A stretch of DNA of 64,000 bases from Waterburya sp. (GCA_965217895.1 CBDCJV010000002.1:2592001-2656000); one strand, 5' to 3'; numbered from the stretch's first letter, positions 51,805 through 61,072 are shown. Program-made: numbers and translations. Notes: generated from the sequence alone by a model not told the origin.

Positions 51805-52452
51805 TTACTTTGTTAAACCAGGAATACCATTTTTAACTGCGTTTTGGTTATTAGAGAGGAAGTCATAAAAGGGAAGATGCTGATGGAATACATCTAGTGT
51901 TCCTTGGGCGGTGGGTCGTCGCCAGTCTGCCTGTAAGTCGGCCGTGATTGATGGCCAGTTTACTACCTTAATTCCAGCCTGTACCATTCGCATACAAGAC
52001 ATCATTTCCGACATCTGATCCCAGCATCCCGAACAGTCATATACTGCGTATACGTCATAGCCTGCTGCTTTAGCTTGTAGTGCTGGAAACATGAGGCAAA
52101 CATCAGTAGTAACACCTGACATGATGAGTTTTTGACGACCAGTGGCTTCAACAGCTTGAACAAAGTTTGGGTCATCCCAAGCACTGATCGGACCAGGACG
52201 ATAGATAGTAGGTGTATCAGGAAACATTTCGGTCAACTCTTCCATAAGCGGACCGTTAGGACCTTCTGCATAGCTTGCTGTAAGAACGGTTGGCAAGTCG
52301 TGCATCTTTGCCGTTTTGGCTAATGCCAATACGTTGCTGCGAAACTCAGACAGTTTGATATCTTGAACGCCCAGCATCGTTCCTGTCTGGTGATCGATCA
52401 TTAACATGGCGCAGTTGTCTTTGGTCAATCGGTCGTAATAAATATTGTCCAT
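51805..52452 (-). CDS. YcaC-like isochorismatase-family cysteine hydrolase (3)
   Basis: MIDHQ, GPNGP, SAW and TDVCL motifs. Confidence 0.9.
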   Translation of the reverse strand: MDNIYYDRLTKDNCAMLMIDHQTGTMLGVQDIKLSEFRSNVLALAKTAKMHDLPTVLTASYAEGPNGPLMEELTEMFPDTPTIYRPGPISAWDDPNFVQAVEATGRQKLIMSGVTTDVCLMFPALQAKAAGYDVYAVYDCSGCWDQMSEMMSCMRMVQAGIKVVNWPSITADLQADWRRPTAQGTLDVFHQHLPFYDFLSNNQNAVKNGIPGLTK

Positions 52453-52578
52453 TTTGGTTTTTCTTTGTTGTTAAAGTATATTTCTGAGCGCGATTTGATT
52501 ATTGACTACTTACATCTAAAAAAACAAGTAGGTACAAAAAGATGCTATACGTACAAAAATGTGTGTAACCTTGAATCC

Positions 52579-52950
52579 ATGACCAACGAAAAACCAAATA
52601 ATGTTTTAGATTCACATCCCTATTTACGTCAAGCTCTCAATTTGATTACAGATAAATGGGTTGTTGCAGTGCTATATGTTCTTTCTTACGGTACAAAGCG
52701 TTACGGAGAAATTCAGAGGGAGATTGGAGATATCTCACAGCGAATGCTGACTCGCACATTAAGAGATTTAGAACGTAATGGATTAGTGCATCGCCAAGTC
52801 TATCCTGTTGTGCCACCAATGGTTGAATATTCATTGACTTCTCTTGGCAAATCCCTTAGCGAAGTCGCAAAAACTCTCTGCAATTGGTCAATAGATAATT
52901 TTCAGCAAGTGGAAATTGCCAGAAAAAACTTTGACAATGTTGAAAAGTAA
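52579..52950 (+). CDS. HxlR-family winged-helix transcriptional regulator
   Basis: DKW, ISQRMLTRTLRDLERNGLV and VPP.VEYSLT.LG motifs; ATG 52579 preferred. Confidence 0.9.
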   Translation: MTNEKPNNVLDSHPYLRQALNLITDKWVVAVLYVLSYGTKRYGEIQREIGDISQRMLTRTLRDLERNGLVHRQVYPVVPPMVEYSLTSLGKSLSEVAKTLCNWSIDNFQQVEIARKNFDNVEK

Positions 52951-53076
52951 CGGGCATTGCTGAGTAAGCAGTGATCAGTTGTCAAAAAAGAACTGATATC
53001 GCTTAAAAACAGCTTTGATCCTGCTTAGTAGTCGATCGCCACCAAGGCAGCACTGTTATAAATAATAAATAAATGT

Positions 53077-54714
53077 TTAGATTGACAAGAACTGATGTAC
53101 GAACTTTACCGTCATCGAGCCTTCCCCGACCGCCGAAGCTACTCGCTTGATAGAATCAAAACGCACGTCCCCCGCTGCAAAAATTCTTGGTTGAGAAGTT
53201 TCTAGTAAAAAAGGTTGACGATTATGCGATCGCTTTTCTTCATCACTTAGCTGCATTCCTGTTTTGATAAATCCTTTTTCATCGGTAGCAATATTTTTGG
53301 GTAGCCAATCAGTACAAGGGGTCGCACCAATAAAGATAAATACTCCTGAAACATTAACCTCTCGTGTTTCTTGAGTTTGATTGTTAGTAATTTCTACTAC
53401 TTCCAAGCAATCATCCCCCATCATTTTTGTGACTTCGCTATGAGTTAGAAGCTCAATTTCATTACTTTGTTCAAGGCGATCGCTCAAGTATGCCGACATA
53501 CTATCACTGAGATTATCACCCCGAATCAATAACAAAACTTTCTTAGCATATTGAGACAGAAAAATAGCAGCCTGTCCAGCCGAATTACCACCGCCAACAA
53601 TTACCACCGTGCGATCGCGACACAATTCGGCTTCTACAGCCGTGGCACTATAATAAACCCCGCTGTCTTCAAATTCTTCGCATCTATCTACTGGTAAACG
53701 TCGATAATTAACCCCTGTGGCAATCAAGACACAACGAGCAGTTACTTCTTGTTCGTCGGCAAGCTTAATAATTTTATATCCTTTGTCTGATTCTATACCG
53801 ATTACTTCTGCTGGATTGGTAATCTGCGCCCCAAACTTTTCTGCCTGTATCGAAGCGCGGTTAGCTAAATCTGTCCCTGAAAGTCCTAGAGGAAAACCCA
53901 TATAGTTTTCAATTTTAGAACTACAGCCAGCTTGTCCTCCTGGCGTATTTTTTTCTAGCACTACCGTTTTTAGTCCTTCGGATGCACCATAAACCGCTCC
54001 TGCCAAGCCTCCTGGTCCTGCACCAATAATCGCCAAATCGTAGACGACATCTTCCAAAGATTTTTTAATTCCCAAAACTTCAGCTAGTTTAACATTGTCA
54101 GGATTTCTAAGGACTGAACTATTACCGAATAAAACAATTGGCAGATTATCTCTTTTTACCTCAAATTGCTGAAGCAGCTTATCGACAGCGCGATCGCTCT
54201 CTAGCTCGATCCAGGTAAAAGGAACTCTATTTTTTGCCAAAAAATCGCGCAGTCTGAAAGTATCGCGATCGTATTTTGAACCGACTATTCTTAAGCCAAC
54301 AAACTCAGAAGATTCTAGCAGTTGTCTGCGAGTCAAAAAGGCTTGGAGGATACAATCACCAAGTTGAGGAATCTCTTTAAGAATTTGCTTAAGATCGGCG
54401 TTAGAAACTTCATAAATTTGGCAATCACCTATGGCATATGCGCTTACAGGGGAGGGACTACCAGTTAACATCGAGATATCCCCCGTAAACTCTTTCTCTT
54501 CATGAACGGTAACAGTCTTTTGCTTTCCTGTAGAGCGTTCGACAATCTCTACCTGTCCTTGCTTAATGACAAAGAACTTAAAATCACTGTCTCCAGCTTT
54601 AAATAAATGTTCTCCATCCTGATAACTTTTTAATGTAGTAAATTTAGCCAAAGCCGATAGCTGCTTATCCGTTAGTTGAGGAAAAGCCATTTGCTTTAAA
54701 TTATCTTTGGTCAT
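53077..54714 (-). CDS. cNMP-binding domain fused to a thioredoxin-reductase-like FAD oxidoreductase (no CxxC)
   Basis: N-terminal cNMP fold (LFKAGD..F..I..G.V, FTGD); GAGPGG, GGQ, IENYMGFP, GGGNSA, GDV and AVGEG motifs. The active-site position reads YYSATAVE. Confidence 0.88.
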   Translation of the reverse strand: MTKDNLKQMAFPQLTDKQLSALAKFTTLKSYQDGEHLFKAGDSDFKFFVIKQGQVEIVERSTGKQKTVTVHEEKEFTGDISMLTGSPSPVSAYAIGDCQIYEVSNADLKQILKEIPQLGDCILQAFLTRRQLLESSEFVGLRIVGSKYDRDTFRLRDFLAKNRVPFTWIELESDRAVDKLLQQFEVKRDNLPIVLFGNSSVLRNPDNVKLAEVLGIKKSLEDVVYDLAIIGAGPGGLAGAVYGASEGLKTVVLEKNTPGGQAGCSSKIENYMGFPLGLSGTDLANRASIQAEKFGAQITNPAEVIGIESDKGYKIIKLADEQEVTARCVLIATGVNYRRLPVDRCEEFEDSGVYYSATAVEAELCRDRTVVIVGGGNSAGQAAIFLSQYAKKVLLLIRGDNLSDSMSAYLSDRLEQSNEIELLTHSEVTKMMGDDCLEVVEITNNQTQETREVNVSGVFIFIGATPCTDWLPKNIATDEKGFIKTGMQLSDEEKRSHNRQPFLLETSQPRIFAAGDVRFDSIKRVASAVGEGSMTVKFVHQFLSI

Positions 54715-54884
54715 TATCTTTAACTAATAATTGCACTTTACAGATTACCAATTAACTGAACAAGAAAGTAAAAGTTACTATGGGAGATAATTATTTATAT
54801 ATAGTCTTAACTTCGACTACTATACATTTTATTAAAATTACTATTGCGCTATGTTTTTCCTCATCCCTTATCCTTCTAAAAGAG

Positions 54885-54925
54885 GTAGGGTAATCCGCAC
54901 AGTTGGAGGTAGGGTATCCTGGAAC
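54885..54925 (+). promoter_or_regulatory. Tandem K-box-like heat-shock elements upstream of htpG
   Basis: GTAGGG-TAAT-CCGCAC versus K-box GTTCGG-NNAN-CCNNAC; GAGGTAGGGTA directly repeated at a 24-bp period. Confidence 0.45.
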
Positions 54926-54994
54926 ATTTTAGCTGGAGCGATCGGACAATATTAATATTGAAGGAAATCTACGATTGAGACTGTAACTATAAAT

Positions 54995-56971
54995 ATGGCT
55001 GTACTTGAAAAAGGCAACATTACGATTCATACCGAGAATATCTTCCCGATTATTAAGAAGTCTCTTTATACCGATCACGAAATCTTCTTGCGGGAACTAA
55101 TTTCTAACTCTGTTGATGCGATCTCGAAACTAAAGATGGCATCTTTGGCGGGTGAAATGCAGGGAGAAATTGCTGAACCTCAAATCAAACTGGCAGTTGA
55201 TAAAACTAAGAAAACTCTTTCCATCGCTGATAACGGTATTGGCATGACTGCCGATGAGATCAAAAAATATATCAATCAAGTCGCTTTTTCTAGTGCTGAA
55301 GACTTTATCAAAAAATATGAAAAAAATTCCAATGAGCTAATTGGTCATTTTGGCTTAGGCTTCTACTCTGCTTTTATGGTGGCAGCGAAAGTAGAAATCG
55401 ATACCCTATCTTATCAAGAAGGCGCAACTGCGGTACATTGGTCTTGTGATGGTTCACCAGAGTTTGAACTGACTCAAAGCGATCGCACCACTGTCGGTAC
55501 AACTATTACTCTTACTTTGCAAGACGAAGAGCTAGAATATGCCGAACCTCAAAGAGTCAAACAGTTAGTCAAAACCTACTGTGACTTTATGCCTGTCAAG
55601 ATTGTTCTAGATAACGAACAAATTAATAAGCAGGAGGCACTTTGGAAAAAATCCCCCCAAGAATTAACAGACAAAGATTATCTAGAGTTTTATCGTTATC
55701 TTTATCCTTTCCAAGAAGATCCTTTGTTATGGGTGCATTTAAATACAGACTATCCTTTTTTACTCAACGGAATTCTCTATTTTCCCAAACTTAAACCCGA
55801 CGTAGACTTTTCTAAAGGACAAATTCAGCTTTTCTGCAACCAGGTATTTGTTAGCAAACACTGTGAGGAGATTATCCCCGAATTTTTAATGCCGTTGCAG
55901 GGTGTAATTGATAGTCCTGATATTCCTCTCAACGTTTCCCGTAGTGCTTTAACTAACGATCGCACCGTCCGCCGTATTGCTGACTTTATTAGTAAGAAAA
56001 TTGGTAATCGTCTCAAGTCTCTTTACAACGAAGATCGTAACAAATACGTTAGCTCTTGGTCAGATGTAGGCACGTTTGTAAAATACGGCGCAATTAGAGA
56101 CGAGAAGTTTAAAAAACAGGTAGAGGATCTAATTATCTACCGCACTACCTATCAAGCAGATACATCAAATCCTGCACCAGAAGAAGCACCAAAAGTTGAA
56201 GTGCAGTCTGCTGGGGATGATGCTTGGTCAAGTGTTGATGAGGATAAGAACACCGCACCAATAAAACCCTACACTACTTTACAAGAGTATCTAGACCGCA
56301 ACAAAGAAAAACAAGAAAACCGCGTTATTTACTGTAGCGATCCTGGTACGCAAAATACCTATGTCGAACTGTATAAAAATCAAGGCTTAGAAGTTCTCTT
56401 CCTCGACTCATTTATTGATACCAACTATTTTATTCCTTTTCTTGAGCGAGAATATTCTGAGGTCAAGTTCGCCCGTGTTGATTCAGAACTAGACGACACT
56501 TTAGTAGAAGACGACAAAGCACAAGAAATTGTCGATCCAACTACCAATAAGACTCGTAGCGAGTTGATTAAAGAGTTGTTTGAAAAAGCAATCAACAAGC
56601 CAAGAGTCAACATCAAAACTCAAGCTATCAAATCTGACGATCCTCAAGGTACACCTCCAGCAATGGTCTTGCTGCCTGAAGCTATGCGACGGATGCAGGA
56701 AATGGCTGCCTTGATGCAGGAAAAAATGATGGCATTCCCTGAAGATCATGTTCTCATGATCAATACTGCTCATCCTTTAATTCAAAACCTCTTGGATCTA
56801 AATAAAGGCACGATTATTCAAGATGGCGAAGATTCTAATCCTATGGTCAAGCTAATGTGCAACCATATTTATGATTTGGCTTTAATGTCCCAGAAAGCCT
56901 TTGATGCCGAGGGAATGAAAGCCTTTGTCGAACGTTCAAATGAAGTACTTACCAACTTGACTAAGAAATAA
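54995..56971 (+). CDS. htpG: Hsp90 chaperone HtpG
   Basis: FLRELISNS.DA, DNGIGM, IGHFGLGFYS and PLNVSRS motifs. Confidence 0.97.
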   Translation: MAVLEKGNITIHTENIFPIIKKSLYTDHEIFLRELISNSVDAISKLKMASLAGEMQGEIAEPQIKLAVDKTKKTLSIADNGIGMTADEIKKYINQVAFSSAEDFIKKYEKNSNELIGHFGLGFYSAFMVAAKVEIDTLSYQEGATAVHWSCDGSPEFELTQSDRTTVGTTITLTLQDEELEYAEPQRVKQLVKTYCDFMPVKIVLDNEQINKQEALWKKSPQELTDKDYLEFYRYLYPFQEDPLLWVHLNTDYPFLLNGILYFPKLKPDVDFSKGQIQLFCNQVFVSKHCEEIIPEFLMPLQGVIDSPDIPLNVSRSALTNDRTVRRIADFISKKIGNRLKSLYNEDRNKYVSSWSDVGTFVKYGAIRDEKFKKQVEDLIIYRTTYQADTSNPAPEEAPKVEVQSAGDDAWSSVDEDKNTAPIKPYTTLQEYLDRNKEKQENRVIYCSDPGTQNTYVELYKNQGLEVLFLDSFIDTNYFIPFLEREYSEVKFARVDSELDDTLVEDDKAQEIVDPTTNKTRSELIKELFEKAINKPRVNIKTQAIKSDDPQGTPPAMVLLPEAMRRMQEMAALMQEKMMAFPEDHVLMINTAHPLIQNLLDLNKGTIIQDGEDSNPMVKLMCNHIYDLALMSQKAFDAEGMKAFVERSNEVLTNLTKK

Positions 56972-57002
56972 TATCAATTCCTAAAAGGAATGATACGAAT
57001 CA

Positions 57003-57122
57003 GGTGACGGGGTGACGAGGTGACGAGGAGCGACTACGCAGGTGAGGCGGAAACGGCGAGGTTTCCTCACCATGTTCCACGCCGTAGCAAATCCCTCTCC
57101 CAGTCCCCAAGTCCCCAAGTCC
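57003..57122. repeat. GC-rich STRR/SDR-like dispersed repeat
   Basis: GGTGACG(G/A) x3, central GAGG...GGTTTCCTC hairpin, terminal CCCCA(A)GT units. Confidence 0.6.
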
Positions 57123-57130
57123 ATAAATTA

Positions 57131-58291
57131 TACTAAATCCGATTACCAAAGTGTGTATAAAATAGTGAGGAATAACTTAAAAATGTTAAATGCCAAAAAC
57201 AGCTTATTTAGCAAAACATTTTAGTTCTTCTGAACTAAAAGAAAAGTATCTGAAGAGTCAAAACTCAGTGGAAGTGAGAAGATGGCATCTGAATCGCGAA
57301 AATATCTTTGGGATGGACGATTAAAAATAGTGCGCTCGCTGTGGGATGTTCTTATTCTTATGCTCAAAAGATTCTCGGTCGGTACAACCTCTATGGAGAG
57401 GAAGGGGTCAAAAATTGCCAAAATAAAACCAGCAATCATGTTAGAGGAAAAAAAAGGTTACTATCACAACCACAATTAGAAAAACTAACAAAAGCGATCG
57501 CCAAAGAGTTACCAGACGGAGGAATCTGGACAGGAACTAAGGTAGCTCGCTGGATTGAAAAAGAAACGGGCAGAGAAAAAGTCGGGAATCAGAGAGGATG
57601 GGACTACTTAAAAAAGTGCGGTTACTCTTGGCAAAGTCCAAGACCAACACATAAAAAAGCCAATAAATTAGAGCAAGAGATGTTCAAAAGTAACTTGCCA
57701 TTGAAACTTAAGCAACTTGAACAAGAAAATCCAGATGTGGAGGTAGAACTGTGGTTTTTCGACGAGCATAGAGTAGGATTAAAACCAATACTAAAAAAGG
57801 TTTGGTCAAAAGTTGGTCATCGACCAGAAGCAATAGTACAACATCGATACGAATGGTTGTATGTTTATGGGTTCGTTAAGCCAAAAACTGGAGAAACTTT
57901 ATGGTATCTAATTCCCAGAGTTAATACAAATTGGCTGAATCTGGTTTATCAACAGTTTGCTATTGATGCTGGAATTAATAATCAAAAAAAATTCTTTTGA
58001 TAGAAGATAATGCAGGATGGCATCACAGCAAAAAAGCGATTATTCCAGAGGGAATAAAGATTGATTTTTTACCTCCTTATTCTCCAGAGTTACAGCCAGC
58101 CGAAAGGTTATGGCAGTTAGTAGATGAACCTCTGGTAAATCAATATTTTGAAACTATCAATGAGATAGAGGACATTTTAGTTGAGCGTTGTTGTGTAGTC
58201 AGTGAAATGAAAGATGAAGTTCGTAAATTGACTAACTATCATTGGCTAAAAAACGCTTGTTGTTTACATACTTTATAAATCGGATTTAGTA
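57131..58291 (+). mobile_element. IS630-family insertion sequence
   Basis: TIRs TACTAAATCCGATTACCAAAGTGTGTA and (reverse complement) TACTAAATCCGATTTATAAAGTATGTA, with terminal TA; transposase inside. Confidence 0.92.
57190..58278 (+). pseudogene. IS630 transposase with two frameshifts
   Basis: MPKTAYL...RRWHL shifts frame at about 57292-57298 into ..GWTIKN...DEHRVG, then shifts again at the A8 run near 57984-57991 into DNAGWH...LPPYSPELQPAE (DDE motifs). Confidence 0.85.
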
Positions 58292-58361
58292 TCAGTCAAT
58301 TTATAGTGTCAGAAATCCCGACAAGCTCAAGCAGATTTACAAGGAAATATCTTTAGAGTAG
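58290..58361 (+). pseudogene. 3'-terminal remnant of an ECF41 sigma factor gene
   Basis: Translates (Y)QSIYSVRNPDKLKQIYKEISLE*. NPDKL is the ECF41 C-terminal signature; the fragment begins at the IS630 right end. Confidence 0.75.
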
Positions 58362-58448
58362 CAAGCGATCATCGAACCACTTCAAACTCGATCTAGCCAG
58401 GGCAATTGAGAAGCAAATTGACAATGTGATTCAAAAAAATCGTTTATC

Positions 58449-58475
58449 TGTCACAACCAATGAAGCTATTTCGTC
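58449..58475 (+). promoter_or_regulatory. ECF41-type promoter 1
   Basis: TGTCACA-N16-CGTC, 45 nt upstream of the nitroreductase ATG. Confidence 0.8.
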
Positions 58476-58520
58476 TTAATTTACAAAGATCTCATATCTA
58501 AAAATTGGTAAGGAGCAATC

Positions 58521-59150
58521 ATGTCTGAAAAAAGAGCGTCAACAGACTACCCGATCCACAAATTTCTTGCAGAACGCTGGAGTCCTTATGCCTTTGAGGA
58601 ACGTCCAGTTTCCGAAGCAGATCTCTGTTCGTTGTTCGAGGCAGCACGATGGGCAGCGTCTTCTTATAATGAGCAACCTTGGAACTATATCGTCGCAACT
58701 AAAGAAAACTCCGACCATTTTCAACAGCTTTTATCCTGTCTTGTCGAAGAAAATCAGATCTGGGCAAAGAACGCCCCAGTTTTAGCTTTGGGCATTGCCA
58801 GCCTTAAATTTGCTCTCAATAACAAAGACAATCGGGCAGCGATTCACGACCTTGGACTTGCTACTGGCAATCTTTCGGTGGAGGCGACGGCAAGAGGAAT
58901 TTGTGTGCATCAAATGATTGGGATCTATCCCGACAAAGCACGGGATATCTTTGACATACCCGATGGTTATGAGGCGTGGACAGCTTTGGCAATCGGCTAT
59001 CGAGGCGAGCCGATGACGCTCCTAGATCCTCTCAAGGAACGTGACTTGATACCGAGGCAGCGCAAACCTTTGGAGCAATTTGTATTCAGTGGTAAGTGGG
59101 GAAATCCTACATTGTTGGTGAGTCAAGCAGTAACATCCGAACAAGCTTAG
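58521..59150 (+). CDS. Nitroreductase family protein
   Basis: RWSPYAF, AARWAASSYNEQPW, HDLG and HQM.G motifs. Confidence 0.9.
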   Translation: MSEKRASTDYPIHKFLAERWSPYAFEERPVSEADLCSLFEAARWAASSYNEQPWNYIVATKENSDHFQQLLSCLVEENQIWAKNAPVLALGIASLKFALNNKDNRAAIHDLGLATGNLSVEATARGICVHQMIGIYPDKARDIFDIPDGYEAWTALAIGYRGEPMTLLDPLKERDLIPRQRKPLEQFVFSGKWGNPTLLVSQAVTSEQA

Positions 59151-59198
59151 TTAACAACAATACAGTTGATACTTATTTTTCATAGAGGTTAATTTAAT

Positions 59199-59849
59199 AT
59201 GTTCGATCTCGACCAAACTATCAAAGACCGACACTCAACACGCAAATTCTTATCCCAGCCTGTGCCACGAACTTTGCTCGATCAAGCCCTTGCACTAGCA
59301 CAACACGCACCGTCGAATTCAAACATCCAACCCTGGCGGATGGTTTTTGCTGAAGGTGTCCGTCGCGATTGTCTGAAAGAAGCTTTGCTAAACCAAGCCA
59401 AGCAGCAACAACCCAATATTCCGCCCCTGCCAGGGTCCTTCCAGCATTACCGCCAGGAACTGGGCGCACAGGTCTATGGAGCGATGGGGATTGCTCGTGA
59501 CGATAAAGTTAACAGACAGCTAGCTGTTTTGCGTAATTATGAATTTTTTGGCGCACCAATAGTCGGTATTGTCTGTATGCACCAAGATTTAGGTATGGCA
59601 GATGCTTTGAGTGTGGGGATGTATCTACAAACCCTGGTGTTGTGCCTAACTGCTCGTGGACTCGGCACCTGCGTAGAAGTTTCGCTTACGGGCTATCCTG
59701 AAATCATTCGTCGCGAGTTGAACATCGCGCCAGAATTATTAATTATTTGTGGTTTAGCTGTTGGCTACTGCGATCCTGATTTTCCAGCCAATCATCTGCA
59801 TACAAACCGTGAAGTTGTTGAGAAAGACGTCTGGTTTCTCAATAATTAA
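59199..59849 (+). CDS. Nitroreductase family protein (second subfamily)
   Basis: RHSTRKF, APSNSNIQPW, FFGAP and RGLGTC motifs. Confidence 0.9.
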   Translation: MFDLDQTIKDRHSTRKFLSQPVPRTLLDQALALAQHAPSNSNIQPWRMVFAEGVRRDCLKEALLNQAKQQQPNIPPLPGSFQHYRQELGAQVYGAMGIARDDKVNRQLAVLRNYEFFGAPIVGIVCMHQDLGMADALSVGMYLQTLVLCLTARGLGTCVEVSLTGYPEIIRRELNIAPELLIICGLAVGYCDPDFPANHLHTNREVVEKDVWFLNN

Positions 59850-60006
59850 GCAAAATTTAGAATGACATCATTTGATGCGGTCGAGCAGGCTTACATTTAT
59901 TTAAAGAGAAAGACATTTCTCGTTATTTTTTCCTAATATCTCCTGACATAGAGTTTTATCAAATGTCAAACTACATAAAAGCTACGCTGTGCGATCGAGC
60001 TTATGT

Positions 60007-60033
60007 TGTCACAACTAATGATGCTATCTCGTC
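60007..60033 (+). promoter_or_regulatory. ECF41-type promoter 2
   Basis: TGTCACA-N16-CGTC upstream of the HTHP gene. Confidence 0.8.
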
Positions 60034-60102
60034 TTATTTGTAGATAACTTATCTAGATACTTTTTCAAGTTTCAAAAAAACACTAATAAAGAGGGTTTTG
60101 AG

Positions 60103-60381
60103 ATGGATAATCTTACAGCTTCTACTAACTCGCCCGTAACGCCACCCGAAGTTACATTAATTCCCAATAACTCACTACTAACTGAGACACCAGAAGCAGG
60201 ACGACAACTGGCAGTCAAAATGGCACGGCTGATTATTAAACTGACTCAGCCTGACGAAGAAAAACGCAACCAGTTAAGAGAGGTTTATGGCAATGATGCC
60301 ATGATGCTAATTGCGGTGGGACAGACAGTGGCGACAGAGTTTGCCACGATCGCTGCTGCTAATAATTACTGGCAGAAGTAG
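60103..60381 (+). CDS. Hexameric tyrosine-coordinated heme protein (HTHP)
   Basis: TPE.G..LAVK..R...K.TQPD...R..LR.VY..DA..LIAV...VAT.F.TIAAAN.YW matches the HTHP family, including the heme-ligand Tyr. Confidence 0.85.
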   Translation: MDNLTASTNSPVTPPEVTLIPNNSLLTETPEAGRQLAVKMARLIIKLTQPDEEKRNQLREVYGNDAMMLIAVGQTVATEFATIAAANNYWQK

Positions 60382-60405
60382 TCTTTTTAAAGACTCAGAT
60401 TAAAT

Positions 60406-60882
60406 ATGCTTAGAGGTAAATTTTATGCGCACAAAGTTGAAACTCTTGCCAAATTCTACCTAGAAGGAAAATCTGTTGACATCTCAGACATAGTCCAGCA
60501 AGAACTTTGTGACTGGCTCATGGATGAGTTTCAGCAACTGCCGATTAATCCCATGTTTTCTGACTATATGCGCTATCGGACGGCTGCCCAAATGTGTGAG
60601 GATATTGCCCAAGAAAAGCTTTGGGTGTCGGCTGATAGTTACGACAGCGAGATTTATCCCAACCCGTTTTATGGTTTTGCCTTCCTGGCAATTCATGATT
60701 ATTACCACTGTGTAGCACAGGCTGACTTTAGCCTTGAAGGAGAAATCATTGCTTACCATACGCTGGCAAATCGAGTCCCCAGTTTAGAGATTCAAAAAAT
60801 TCTCTACTCCGAAATTGTGCTGAAATCGTCTGCTCACATTTACTTGAATCATTTACCTGAACCTAAACTCGTATTCCCCTAA
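60406..60882 (+). CDS. Hypothetical protein with an HDxxH...E putative metal-binding motif
   Basis: FLAIHDYYH...FSLEGE motif; 158-aa ORF in operon position. Confidence 0.65.
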   Translation: MLRGKFYAHKVETLAKFYLEGKSVDISDIVQQELCDWLMDEFQQLPINPMFSDYMRYRTAAQMCEDIAQEKLWVSADSYDSEIYPNPFYGFAFLAIHDYYHCVAQADFSLEGEIIAYHTLANRVPSLEIQKILYSEIVLKSSAHIYLNHLPEPKLVFP

Positions 60883-60904
60883 ACGTCTATTCTTTGCCCA
60901 ACAT

Positions 60905-61069
60905 ATGAATACTACAATTGCCTCATCTAATAGTTCTTTTGCTGCTACTTTAAAGGATTTAATTGAATACTCTACAAATGGTAAAGTGAACCACAGACTC
61001 AAACATAAACGCGCACTTACTACCAGAGGTAGTCGCGGTATTGGAGCCACAATTTTTGAGGAGCAATAA
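60905..61069 (+). pseudogene. Chimeric 54-codon remnant (cupin-like N-terminus plus SDR Rossmann start)
   Basis: MNTTIASSNSSFAATLKDLIEYSTNG|KVNHRLKHKRALTTRGSRGIGATIFEEQ*. The second half is a decayed TGxxxGIG motif. Confidence 0.5.
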
Positions 61070-61072
61070 GCA

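Noticed and set aside
52465..52578. N-terminal extension of HxlR, and the similar extension of ycaC-2 (51564-51617)
   Set aside because: These run through the duplicated promoter region from non-ATG starts; downstream ATGs fit family lengths.
57984..57991. Programmed -1 frameshift giving an active IS630 transposase
   Set aside because: The A8 run could slip, but it lies inside the catalytic domain, and a separate upstream frameshift near 57295 already truncates the protein.
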